Shown piece by piece: positions 41,390 through 54,830 of a DNA stretch of 64,000 bases. The stretch is taken from assembly GCF_009914755.1 (NCBI RefSeq), contig NC_060938.1; one strand, written 5' to 3'. Origin of the DNA: the human T2T-CHM13v2.0 reference genome, Homo sapiens. The translations under genes and the position numbers were made by a program. The notes beneath the pieces were generated by a model. That model was not told the origin of the DNA, made no database searches, and saw nothing but the letters and a program-made list of their open reading frames with translations. The stretch's first letter is position 1. Every line of letters starts with the position of its first letter.

Positions 41390-44300
41390 CCACTCTGGTT
41401 GATTCCATACTATTCCATTCCATTCATTCCTTTCCATTCCATTCCATTCCAGTCGGGTTGATTCCTTTCCATTCCATTCCATTCCTTTCCATTCCATTCC
41501 TCTCGTGATGATTCCGTTGCATTCCATTCCATTCCAATGCACTTGGGTTGATTCCAGTCCCTACCATTCCATTCCATTCATTTACATTACACTCCGGTTG
41601 ATTCCATAGCATTCCATTCCATTCCATTCCATCCCATTCGGGTTGATTCCATTCCATTCCGTTCCAATCCATTCCATTCCATTCCATTCCATTCCACTCT
41701 GGTTGATTCCATTCCGTTCCTTTCCATTTCATTCCATTCCATTCCATTCCATTTCAATCCATTCCATTCCACTCCACTCGGGTTGATTCCATTCCATTCC
41801 ATTCCATTCCATTCCATTCCATTAAATTCCACTCGGGTTGATTCCATTCCATTCCATTCCATTTTATTCGATTCCATTCCGTTCCATTCCATTCCATTCC
41901 ATACCATTCAACTCGGGTTGATTCCATAGCATTCCATTCCATTCCACTCTGGTTGATTCCATTCTGTTCCTTTCCATTTCATTCCATTCCATTCCATTCC
42001 ATTCCACTCCATTCCATTCCACTCCACTCCGGTTGATTCCATACCATTCCATTCCGTTCCATTTCATTCCCTTCCATTTCACTCGGGTTGATTCCATTCC
42101 ATTTTATTCAATTCCATTCCATTCCATTCCATTCCATTCCATACCATTCCACTCGGGTTGATTCAATACCATTCCATTCCATTCCATTCCATGAAATTCC
42201 ATTCCATTCCACTCGGGTTGATTACTTTCCATTCCATTCCATTCCATTCCATTCGGGTTTGTTCCATTCCAATCCATTCGATTCCATTCCATTCCATTCC
42301 ATTCCACTCCATTCCATTCCATTCCATTCCAGTCGGGTTGATTCCATTCCATTCCATTCCAATCCATTCCATTCCATTCCATTCCATTCCATTCCATTCC
42401 ATTCCATTCCGTTTCATTCCATTCCATTCCATTCCAATCCTTTCCGTTCCATTCCGTTCGATTCCATTCCATTGTATTCCGTTCCATTCCATTCCAATTC
42501 ATTCCGTTCCATTCCATTCCACTCGGGTTGTTTCCATTCCATTTCTTTGCATTTCATTCTATTCCATTCCATTCCATACCATTCTATTCCATTCTATTCC
42601 ACTCCATTCCATTCCATTCCTCTCCGTTTATTCCATTCCATTGCATTCCATTCCACGCCTGTTGTTTACATTCCATTCCATTCCATTTTATTCCATTCCA
42701 TTCCGTTCCATTAGATTCCATTCTATACCATTCCACTCGGATTGATTTCATACCATTCCATTCCATTCCACTCCATTAAATTCCATTCCATTCCATTGCA
42801 CTCGGGTTGATTCCATTCCATTTCATTCCATTCCATTCCGTTCCTTTCCGTTCCATTCCATTCCATTCCATTCCATTCCATTCCATTCCATTCCACTCTA
42901 TTTGATTCCATTCCTTTCCTTTCCATTTCATTCCATTCTATTCCATTCCATTCCATTCCATTCCATTCCATTCCATTCCATTCCATTCTATTCCATTCCA
43001 TTCCATTCCAGTCCATTCCATTCCACTCCACTCCGGTTGATTCCATTCCATTCCATTCCATTCCATTCCATTCCATTCCATTCCATTCCACTCGGGTTGA
43101 TTCCGTTCCGTTCCATTCCATTCCATTCCAATCCATTCCATTCCATTCCAATCCATTCCATTCCACTCCACTCCAGTTGATTCCATTCCATTCCACTCGT
43201 GTAGATTCCTTTCCATTCCATTCCATTCCATTCTATTCCACTCCATTCAATTCCATTCCATTAAGCTCCATTCCATTCCATTCCATTCCACTCGGGTTTA
43301 TTCCATTCCGTTCCTTTTCATTTCATTCCATTCCATTCCATTCCATTCCATTCCATTCCATTCCATTCCAATCCATTCCATTCCACTCCACTCCGGTTGA
43401 TTCCATTCCATTCCATTCCATTCCATTCCATTCCATTCCATTCCATTTCTCTTGGGTTGATTCCATTCCATTTCATTCCATTCCATTCCATTCCATTCCT
43501 TTCCATTCCAATCCATTCCATTCCACTCCACTCCGGTTGATTCCATTCCATTCCATTCCATTCCATTCCATTCCATTCCATTCCATTCCATTTCACTTGG
43601 GTTGATTCCATTCCATTCCATACCATTCCATTCCATTGCATTCCATTCCATTCCATTCCATTCCACTCGGGTTGTTTGCATTCCATTCCATTCCAATGCA
43701 TTCCATTCCACTGCATTCCATTCCAATTGATACCATTGAATTGCATTTTTTCCATTCCCTTCCATTCCACTTGGTTTGATTCATTTCCATTCCATTCCAT
43801 TCCATTCCATTCCATTCCATTCCATTCCATACCATTCCACCAGAGTTGATTGCATGCTATTCCATTCCATTCCGTTCCATTCCATTCAATTCCATTCCCT
43901 TCCACTTGGGTTGATTCCATTCCATTCAATTCCGTTCCATTCTGTCCCGTTCCATTCCATTCCATTTCATTACATTTCATTCCATTGCATTCCAATCGGG
44001 TTGATTCCATTCCATTCCATTCCATTCCATTCCATTCCATTCCATTCCATTCTATTCCCTTCTCTTTGATTCCTTTCCATTCCATTCCATTCCATACCAT
44101 TCCACTCCATTCCGTTCCATTCCATTCTGGTTGATTTGGTTCCATTCCATGCCCTTTTATTCCATTCTATTCAATTCCATTCCATTCCATTCCATTCCAT
44201 TCCATTCCATTCCATTCCATACCATTCCACCAAAGGTGATTGCATGTTATTCCATTCCATTCCATTCCATTCCTTTCCATTCCATTCCATTCCATGCATT

Positions 44301-47300
44301 TCCTTTCCACTCGGGTTGATTCCATTCCTTTCCATTCCATTCCATTCCATTCCATTCCATTCCATTCCATTGCATTCCACTCGGGATGATTCCATTCCAT
44401 TCCATTCCATTCCATTCCATTCCATTCCATTCGACTCCATTCCATTCCACTCCACTCCATTCCATTCCATCCATTGCACTCGGGTTGATTCCATTCCATT
44501 CCATTCCAGTCCATTCCATTCCATTCCATTCCATTCCATTCCATTCCATTCCATTCCATTCGATTCGATTCCAGTTTATTCGGGGTCATTCCATTCCATT
44601 CCATTCCTTTCCGTTCCATTCCATTCGATTCCATTCCACTGCATTCCATTCCATTCCATTCCAATCCATTCCATTCCATTCCACTCTTGTTGATTCCATA
44701 CTATTCCATTCCATTCATTCCTTTCCATTCCATTCCATTCCAGTCGGGTTGATTCCTTTCCATTCCATTCCATTCCTTTCCATTCCATTCCTCTCGTGAT
44801 GATTCCGTTGCATTCCATTCCATTCCAATGCACTTGGGTTTATTCCAGTCCCTACCATTCCATTCCATTCATTTACATTACACTCCGGTTGATTCCATAG
44901 CATTCCATTCCATTCCATTCCATTCCATTCCATTCCATTCCACTCCATTCAATTCCATTCCGTTAAGCTCCATTCCATTCCATTACATTCCACTCGGGTT
45001 TATTCCATTCCGTTCCTTTTCATTTCATTCCATTCCATTCCATTCCATTCCATTCCATTCCAATCCATTCCATTCCACTCAACTCCGGTTGATTCCATTC
45101 CAGTCCATTCCATTCCATTCCATTCCATTCCATTCCATTCCATTCCATTTCACTTGGGTTGATTCCATTCCATTCCATTCCATTCCATTCCATTCCATTC
45201 CATTCCATTCCATTCCATTCTATTCCATTCAATTCCAAACCCTTCTGGTTGATTCCTTTCCATTCCATTCCATAACATTCCACTCCATTCCGCTGCATTG
45301 CATTAGGGTTGATTCCGTTCCATTCCATGCCCTTTTATTCCATTCCATTCCATTCCATTCCATTCCATTCCATACGATTCCACCAATGTTGATTGCATGT
45401 TATTCCATTCCATTCCATTTCATTCCATTCAATTCGATTCCATTCCATTCCTTTCCACTCGGGTTGATTCCATTCCATTCAATTCCGTTCATTTCCTTTC
45501 CGTTCCGATCCATTGCATTCCATTTCATTCCATTGCATTCCACTCGGGTTGATTCCATTCCATTCCATTCCATTCCATTCCATACCCTTCGGTTTGATTC
45601 CTTTCCATTCCATTCCATTCCACACCATTCCTCTCCATTCCATTCCATTCCATTCGGGTTGATTGCATTCCATTCCGTTCCGTTCTATTCCATTCCATAC
45701 CATTCCACTAGGGTTGATTCCATACCATTCCATTCCTTTCCGTTCCATTCCATTCCATACCATTCCACTAGGGTTGCTTCCATACCATTCCATTCCATTG
45801 CATACCATTCCATTCCCTTCCATTCCACTCGGGTTGTTTGCATTCCATTCCATTCCAATGCATTCCATTCCACTGCATTCCATTCCAGTTGATACCATTG
45901 AATTGCATTGTTTCCATTCCATTCCATTCCACTCGGTTTGATTCATTTCCATTCCATTCCATTCCATTCCATTCCATACCATTACACCAGAGTTGATTGC
46001 ATGCTATTCCATTCCATTCCGTTCCATTCCATTCAATTCCATTCCCTTCCACTTGGGTTGATTCCATTCCATTCAATTCCGTTCCATTCTGTCCCGTTCC
46101 GTTTCATTCCATTTCATTACATTTCATTCCATTGCATTCCACTCGGGTTGATTCCGTTCCATTCCATTCCATTCCATTCCATTCCATTCCTTTCTCGTTG
46201 ATTCCTTTCCATTCCATTCCATTCCATACCATTCCACTACATTCCGTTCCATTCCATTCGGGTTGATTTGGTTCCATTCCATGCCCTTTTATTCCATTCT
46301 ATTCCATTCCATTCCATTCCATTCCATTCCATACCATTCCACCAAAGTTGATTGCATGTTATTCCATTCCATTCCATTCCATTCCTTTCCATTCCATTCC
46401 ATTCCATTCCATTCCTTTCCACTCGGGTTGATTCCGTTCCTTTCCTTTCCATTCCATTCCATTCCATTCCATTCCATTCCATTCCATTGCATTCCACTCG
46501 GGATGATTCCATTCCTTTCCACTCCATTCCATTCCATTCCATTCCACTCCATTCCATTCCATTCCACTCCATTCCATTCCACTCCACTCCATTCCATTCC
46601 ATTCCATTCCACTCGGGTTGATTCCATTCCATTCCATTCGAATCCATTCCATTCCATTCCATTCCACTCGGGTTGATTCCATTGCATTCCATTCCAATCC
46701 ATTCCATTCCATTCCATTCCATTTTATTCGGGGTCATTCCATTCCATTTCATTCCTTTCCGTTCCATTCCATTCGATTCCATTCCATTGCATTCCATTCC
46801 ATTCCATTCCAATCCATTCCATTCCATTCCACTCAGGTTGATTCCATACTATTCCATTCCATTCATTCCTTTCCATTCCATTCCATTCCAGTCGGGTTGA
46901 TTCCTTTCCATTCCATTCCATTCCTTTCCATTCCATTCCTCTCGTGATGATTCCGTTGCATTCCATTCCATTCCAATGCACTTGGGTTGATTCCAGTCCC
47001 TACCATTCCATTCCATTCATTTACATTACACTCCAGTTGATTCCATAGCATTCCATTCCATTCCATTCCATCCCATTCGGGTTGATTCCATTCCATTCCG
47101 TTCCAATCCATTCCATTCCATTCCACTCTGGTTGATTCCATTCCGTTCCTTTCCATTTCATTCCATTCCATTCCATTCCATTCCGTTCCATTCCAATCCA
47201 TTCCATTCCACTCCACTCGGGTTGATTCCATTCCATTCCATTCCATTCCATTCCATTCCATTCCACTCGGGTTGATTCCATTACATTCCATTCCATTTTA

Positions 47301-50300
47301 TTCGATTCCATTCCGTTCCATTCCATTCCATTCCATTCCATACCATTCAACTCGGGTTGATTCATAGCATTCCATTCCATTCCACTCTGGTTGATTCCAT
47401 TCTATTCCTTTCCATTTCATTCCATTCCATTCCATTCCATTCCATTCCATTCCATTCCATTCCACTCCATTCCATTCCACTCCACTCCGGTTGATTCCAT
47501 AGCATTCCATTCCATTCCATTTCATTCCCTTCCATTTCACTCGGGTTGATTCCATTCCATTTTATTCCATTCCATTCCATTCCATTCCACACCATTCCAC
47601 TCGGGTTGATTCCATACCATTCCATTCAATTCCATTCGATGAAATTCCATTCCATTCCATTCCATTCCACTCGGGTTGATTACTTTCCATTCCATTCCAA
47701 TCCATTCTATTCCATTCCATTCCATTGCATTCCATTCCATTCCATTCCATTCCATTCCATTCCATTCCATTCGGGTTTATTCCATTCCATTCCATTCCAT
47801 TCCATTCCATTCCATTCCATTCCATTCCACTCCATTCCATTCTATTCCATTCCATTCCACTCGGGTTGATTCCATTCCATTCCATTCCAATCCATTCCAT
47901 TCCATTCCATTCCATTCCATTCCATTCCATTCCGTTTCATTCCATTCCATTCCATTCCATTCCTTTCCGTTCCATTCCGTTCGATTCCATTCCGTTGCAT
48001 TCCTTTCCATTCCATTCCACTCGGGTTGTTTCCATTCCATTCCTTTGCATTTCATTCTATTCCATTCCATTCCATACCATTCTATTCCATTCTATTCCAC
48101 TCCATTCCATTCCATTCCTCTCCGTTTATTCCATTCCATTGCATTCCATTCCACGCCTGTTGTTTCCATTCCATTCCATTCCATTTTATTCGATTCCATT
48201 CCGTTCCATTAGATTCCATTCTATACCATTCCACTCGGATTGATTCCATACCATTCCATTCCATTCCACTCCATTAAATTCCATTCCATTCCATTCCACT
48301 CGGGTTGATTCCATTCCATTCCATTTCATTCCATTCCATTCCATTCCGTTCCATTCCATTCCATTCCATTCCATTCCATTCCATTCCATTCCACTCTGGT
48401 TGATTCCATTCTGTTCCTTTCCATTCCATTCCATTCCATTCCATTCCATTCCATTCCATTCTATTCCATTCCATTCCAGTCCAGTCCATTCCATTCCACT
48501 CCACTCGGGTTGATTCCATTCCATTCCATTCCATTCCATTCCATTCCATTCCATTCCATTCCATTCCATTCCATTCCACTCGGGTTGATTCCATTACATT
48601 CCATTCCATTTTATTCGATTCCATTCCGTTCCATTCCATTCCATTCCATATCATTCAACTCGGGTTGATTCCATAGCATTCCATTCCATTCCACTCTGGT
48701 TGATTCCATTCTGTTCCTTTCCATTTCATTCCATTCCATTCCATTCCATTCCATTCCATTCAATTCCATTCCATTCCATTCCACTCCATTCCATTCCACT
48801 CCACTCCGGTTGATTCCATACCATTCCATTCCATTCCATTTCATTCCCTTCCATTTCACTCGGGTTGATTCCATTACGTTTTATTCAATTCCATTCCATT
48901 CCATTCCATTCCATTCCACACCATTCCACTCGGGTTAATTCCATACCATTCCATTCAATTCCATTCCATGAAATTCCATTCCATTCCATTCCATTCCACT
49001 CGGGTTGATTACTTTCCATTCCATTCCATTCCATTCCATTCGATTCGATTCCATTCCATTCCATTCCATTCCATTCCATTCCATTCCATTCGGGTTTATT
49101 CCATTCCATTCCATTCGATTCCATTCCATTCCATTCCATTCCACTCCATTCCAATTCCATTCCATTCCACTCGGGTTGATTCCATTCCATTCCATTCCAA
49201 TCCATTCCATTCCATTCCATTCCATTCCATTCCATTCCATTCCATTCCATTCCGTTTCATTCCATTCCATTCCATTCCATTCCTTTCCGTTCCATTCCGT
49301 TCGATTCCATTCCATTGCTTTCCGTTCCATTCCATTCCAATCCATTCCGTTCCATTCCATTCCACTCGGGTTGTTTCCATTCCATTCCTTTGCATTTCAT
49401 TCTATTCCATTCCATTCCATAACATTCTATTCAATTCTATTCCACTCCATTCCATTCCATTCCTCTCCGTTTGTTCCATTCCATTGCATTCCATTCCACG
49501 CCTGTTGTTTCCATTCCATTCCATTCCATTTTATTCCATTCCATTCCGTTCCATTAGATTCCATTCTATACCATTCCACTCGGATTGATTCCATACCATT
49601 CCATTCCATTCCACTCCATTAAATTCCATTCCATTCCATTCCACTCGGGTTCATTCCATTCCATTCCATTCCATTCCATTCCATTCCATTCCATTCCATT
49701 CCACTCTGGTTGATTCCATTCCGTTCCTTTCCATTTCATTCCATTCCATTCCATTCCATTCCATTCCATTCTATTCCATTCCATTCCATTCCAGTCCATT
49801 CCATTCCACTCCACTCCGGTTGATTCCATTCCATTCCATTCCATTCCATTGCATTCCATTCCATTCCATTCCATTCCATTCCATTCCACTCGGGTTGATT
49901 CCGTTCCGTTCAATTCCATTCCATTCCATTCCATTCCATTCCAATCCATTCCATTCCAGTCCACTCCAGTTGATTCCATTCCATTCCACTCGGGTTGATT
50001 CCTTTCCATTCCATTCCATTCCATTCCATTCCATTCCATTCCATTCCACTCCATTCAATTCCATTCCATTAAGCTCCATTCCATTCCATTCCATTCCACC
50101 CGCGTTTATTCCATTCCGTTCCTTTTCATTTCATTCCATTCCATTCCATTCCATTCCATTCCATTCCATTCCAATCCATTCCATTCCACTCCACTCCGGT
50201 TGATTCCATTCCATTCCATTCCATTCCATTCCATTCCATTCCATTTCACTTGGGTTGATTCCATTTCTTTCCTTTCCATTCCATTCCATTCTATTCCATT

Positions 50301-52990
50301 CAATTCCAAACCCTTCTGGTTGATTCTTTTCCATTCCATTCCATATCATTCCACTCCATTCTGCTCCATTGCATTAGGGTTGATTCCGTTCCATTCCATG
50401 CCCTTTTATTCCATTCCATTCCATTCCATTCCATTCCATTCCATTCCATTCCAATCCATTCCATTCCATTCCATACGATTCCACCAATGTTGATTGCATC
50501 TTATTCCATTCCATTCCATTTCATTCCATTCAATTCGATTCCATTCCATTCCTTTCCACTCGGGTTGATTCCATTCCATTCAATTCCGTTCCTTTCCATT
50601 CCGTTCCGATCCATTGCATTCCATTTCATTCCATTGCATTCCACTCGGGTTGATTCCATTCCATTCCATTCCATTCTATTCCATACCCTTCGGTTTGATT
50701 CCTTTCCATTCTATTCCATTCCACACCATTCCACTCCATTCCATTCCATTCCATTCGGGTTGATTGCATTCCATTCCGTTCCGTTCCATTCCATTCCATA
50801 CCATTCCACTAGGTTTGATTCCATACCATTCCATTCCATTCCGTTCCATTCCATTCCATACCATTCCACTAGGGTTGCTTCCATACCATTCCATTCCATT
50901 GCTTTCCATTCCATTCCATTCCATTCCACTCGGGTTGTTTGCATTCCATTCCATTCCAATGCATTCCATTCCACTGCATTCCATTCCAGTTGATACCATT
51001 GAATTGCATTGTTTCCATTCCATTCCATTCCACTCGGTTTGAATCATTTCCATTCCATTCCATTCCATTCCATTCCATTCCATTCCATACCATTCCACCA
51101 GAGTTGATTGCGTGCTATTCCATTCCATTCCGTTCCATTCCATTCAATTCCATTCCCTTCCACTTGGGTTGATTCCATTCCATTCAATTCCGTTCCATTC
51201 TGTCCCGTTCCGTTCCATTCCATTTGATTACATTTCATTCCATTGCATTCCACTCGGGTTGATTCCATTCCATTCCATTCCATTCCATTCCATTCCATTC
51301 CATTCCCTTCTCGTTGATTCCTTTCCATTCCATTCCATTCCATACCATTCCACTCCATTCCGTTCCATTCCATTCGGGTTGATTTGGTTCCATTCCATGC
51401 CCTTTTATTCCATTCTATTCCATTCCATTCCATTCCATTCCCTTCCATTCCATTCCATTCCATACCATTCCACCAAAGTTGATTGCATGTTATTCCATTC
51501 CATTCCATTCCATTCCTTTCCATTCCATTCCATTCCATTCCATTCCTTTCCACTCGGGTTGATTCTATTCCTTTCCATTCCATTCCATTCCATTCCATTG
51601 CATTCCAGTCGGGATGATTCCATTCCATTCCACTCCATTCCATTCCTTTCCATTCCACTCCATTCCATTCCATTCCACTCCATTCCATTCCACTCCACTC
51701 CATTCCATTCCATTCCATTCCACTCGGGTTGATTCCATTCCATTCCATTCCAATCCATTCCATTCCATTCCATTCCATTTTATTCGGGGTCATTCCATTC
51801 CATTCCATTCCTTTCCGTTCCATTCCATTCAATTCCATTCCATTGCATTCCATTCCATTCCATTCCAATCCATTCCATTCCATTCCACTCTGGTTGATTC
51901 CATACTATTCCATTCCATTCATTCCTTTCCATTCCATTCCATTCCAGTCGGGTTGATTCCTTTCCATTCCATTCCATTCCTTTCCATTCCATTCCTCTCG
52001 TGATGATTCCGTTGCATTCCATTCCATTCCAATGCACTTGGGTTGATTCCAGTCCCTACCATTCCATTCCATTCATTTACATTACACTCCGGTTGATTCC
52101 ATAGCATTCCATTACATTCCATTCCATCCCATTCGGGTTGATTCCATTCCATTCCGTTCCTATCCATTCCATTCCATTCCATTCCATTCCACTCTGGTTG
52201 ATTCCATTCCGTTCCTTTCCATTTCATTCCATTCCATTCCATTCCATTCCATTCCAATCCATTCCATTCCACTCCACTCGGGTTGATTCCATTCCATTCC
52301 ATTCCATTCAATTCCATTCCATTCCATTCCACTCGGGTTGATTCCATTCCATTCCATTCCATTTTATTCGATTCCATTCCGTTCCATTCCATTCCATTCC
52401 ATACCATTCAACTCGGGTTGATTCCATAGCATTCCATTCCATTCCACTCTGGTTGATTCCATTCTGTTCCTTTCCATTTCATTCCATTCCATTTCATTCC
52501 ATTCCATTCCATTCCATTCCATTCCATTCCATTCCATTCCACTCCATTCCATTCCTCTCCACTCCGGTTGATTCCATACCATTCCATTCCATTCCATTTC
52601 ATTCCCTTCCATTTCACTCAGGTTGATTCCATTCCATTTTATTCAATTCCATTCCATTCCATTCCATTCCATACCATTCCACTCGGGTTGATTCCATACC
52701 ATTCCATTCAATTCCATTCAATGAAATTCCATTCCATTCCATTCCATTCCACTCGGGTTGATTACTTTCCATTCCATTCCATTCCATTCTATTCCATTCC
52801 ATTCCATTCCATTCCATTCCATTCGGGTTTATTCCATTCCATTCCATTCGATTCCATTCCATTCCATTCCATTCCACTCCATTCCATTCCATTCCATTCC
52901 ACTCGGGTTGATTCCATTCCATTCCATTCCAATCCATTCCATTCCATTCCATTCCATTCCATTCCATTCCATTCCATTCCGTTTCATTCC
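41390..52990 (+). repeat. Higher-order repeat domain: units ~41390-46830 (5.44 kb), ~46830-51890 (5.06 kb) and partial ~51890-52990
   Basis: CCTCTCGTGATGATTCCGTTGC at ~41500, ~46938 and ~51994 (extra copy ~44790). ORF offsets: 41424/46863/51919, 42528/48026, 45663/50764. Confidence 0.82.
47260..49900 (+). repeat. Tandem duplication, ~1.31-1.35 kb unit
   Basis: ORF pairs 47298/48611 and 48082/49427. Markers CCACGCCTGTTG (~48151, ~49496) and CCATTAGATTCC (~48206, ~49551). Confidence 0.85.
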
Positions 52991-53929
52991 ATTCCGTTCC
53001 ATTCCATTCGTGTTGATGCCATTCCAATCCAGACCATTCCATCCCAATTCATTCCATTCCGTTCCATTGCTTTCGTGTTGATTCCATTCCATTCCATTCC
53101 ACTCCATTCCAATACATTACATTCCACTTGGTTTGAATCCATTCCTTTCCATTCCAATCCATTCCATTCCTTTCCAATCCATTCCATTCCATTCAATTCC
53201 ACATGGACTCAATCTATTCTTTCCATTGCATTCCGTTCTGTTCCATTCCAGTCCATTGCATTAGATACCAATCCATTCCACTTGGGATGATTCCATTCAA
53301 TTCCATTATATTCCGTTCAGTTCCATTGCATTCCATTCCATTCCATTCCACTCGGGTGGATTCCATTCCATTCCATTCCACTCGGGTGGATTCCATTCCA
53401 TTCCATTCCATTCCAATCCTTTCCATTCCATTCCATTCCAATCCATTCCATTCCACTCCACTCTGGTTGATTCCATTCCATTCCATTCCATTCCATTCCA
53501 TTCCATTCCATTCCATTCCACTTGGGTTGATTCCATTCCATTCCATTCCATTTTATTCCATTCCATTCCGTTCCATTCCATTCCATTCCATACCATTCCA
53601 TTCGGGTTGATTCCATACCATTCCATTCCATTCAACTTGGTTTGATTCTTTTCCATTCCATTCCATTCCATTCCATTCCACTCCATTCCATTCCATTCCA
53701 TTCCACTCCATTCCAATCCATTCCATTCCACTCCATTCCATTCCACTCCATTCCAATCCATTCCATTCCACTCGGGTTGATTCCATTCCATTCCATTCCA
53801 TTCCGTTCCACTCAGGTTGATTCCTTTCCACTCCATTCCATTTTAGTCCACTCCACTCGGGTTGATTCCATTCCATTCCATTCCATTCCATTCCTTTCCA
53901 TTCCATTCCATTGCATTCCATTCGTGTTG

Positions 53930-54830
53930 ATTCCATTCCATTCCATTCCATTCCACTCCATTCCATTCCATTTCATTCCATTCCAGTTGGTTCCATTCCT
54001 TTCCATTCCATTCCATTCCATTCCATTCCGTTCCATTCTACTCGGGTTGATTCCATTCCATTCCATTTCATTCCATTCGATTCCATTCCACTGGTGTTTA
54101 TTCCATTCCACTGCATTCCATTCCATTCCATTCGGGTTTATTCCATTTCATTCCATTCCTTTCCATTCCATTGCATTCCATTCCTCTCCATTCTATTCCA
54201 TTCCATTCCATTCCATTTGTGTTGCTTCCATTCCATTCCATTCCATTCCATTCCACTCCATTCCAATCCATTACATTCCACTCGGGTTTAATCCTTTCCA
54301 TTCCATTCCAATTCATTCCCTTCCATTCAATTCTACACGGATTCAATCAATTCCATTCTATTCCATTCCATTCCATCCCGTTCCATTGCATTCCATTCGT
54401 GTTGATTCCATTGCATTCCATTCCATTCCACTCCATTCCATTCTATTTCATTCCATTCCAGTTGATTCCATTCCTTTCCATTCCATTCCATTCCATTCCG
54501 TTCCATTCTACTCGGGTTGATTCCATTCCATTCCATTTCATTCCATTCGATTTCATTCCACTGGTGTTTATTCTATTCCACTCCATTCCATTCAATTCCA
54601 TTCGGGATAATTCAATTTCATTCCATTCCATTCCATTCCATTGCATTCCATTCCTTTCCATTCTATTCCATTCCATTCCATTTGTGTAGATTCCATTCCA
54701 TTCCATTCCATTCCATTCCACTCCATTCCAATCCATTACATTCCACTCGGGTTGAATCCTTTCCATTCCATTCCAATGCATTCCCTTCCATTCAATTCCA
54801 CTCAGATTCAATCAATTCCATTCTATTCCA
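53930..54830 (+). repeat. Local tandem duplication, ~470-480 bp unit
   Basis: CTGGTGTTTA at 54081 and 54561; GATTCAATCAATTCC at ~54340 and ~54805. Confidence 0.78.
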
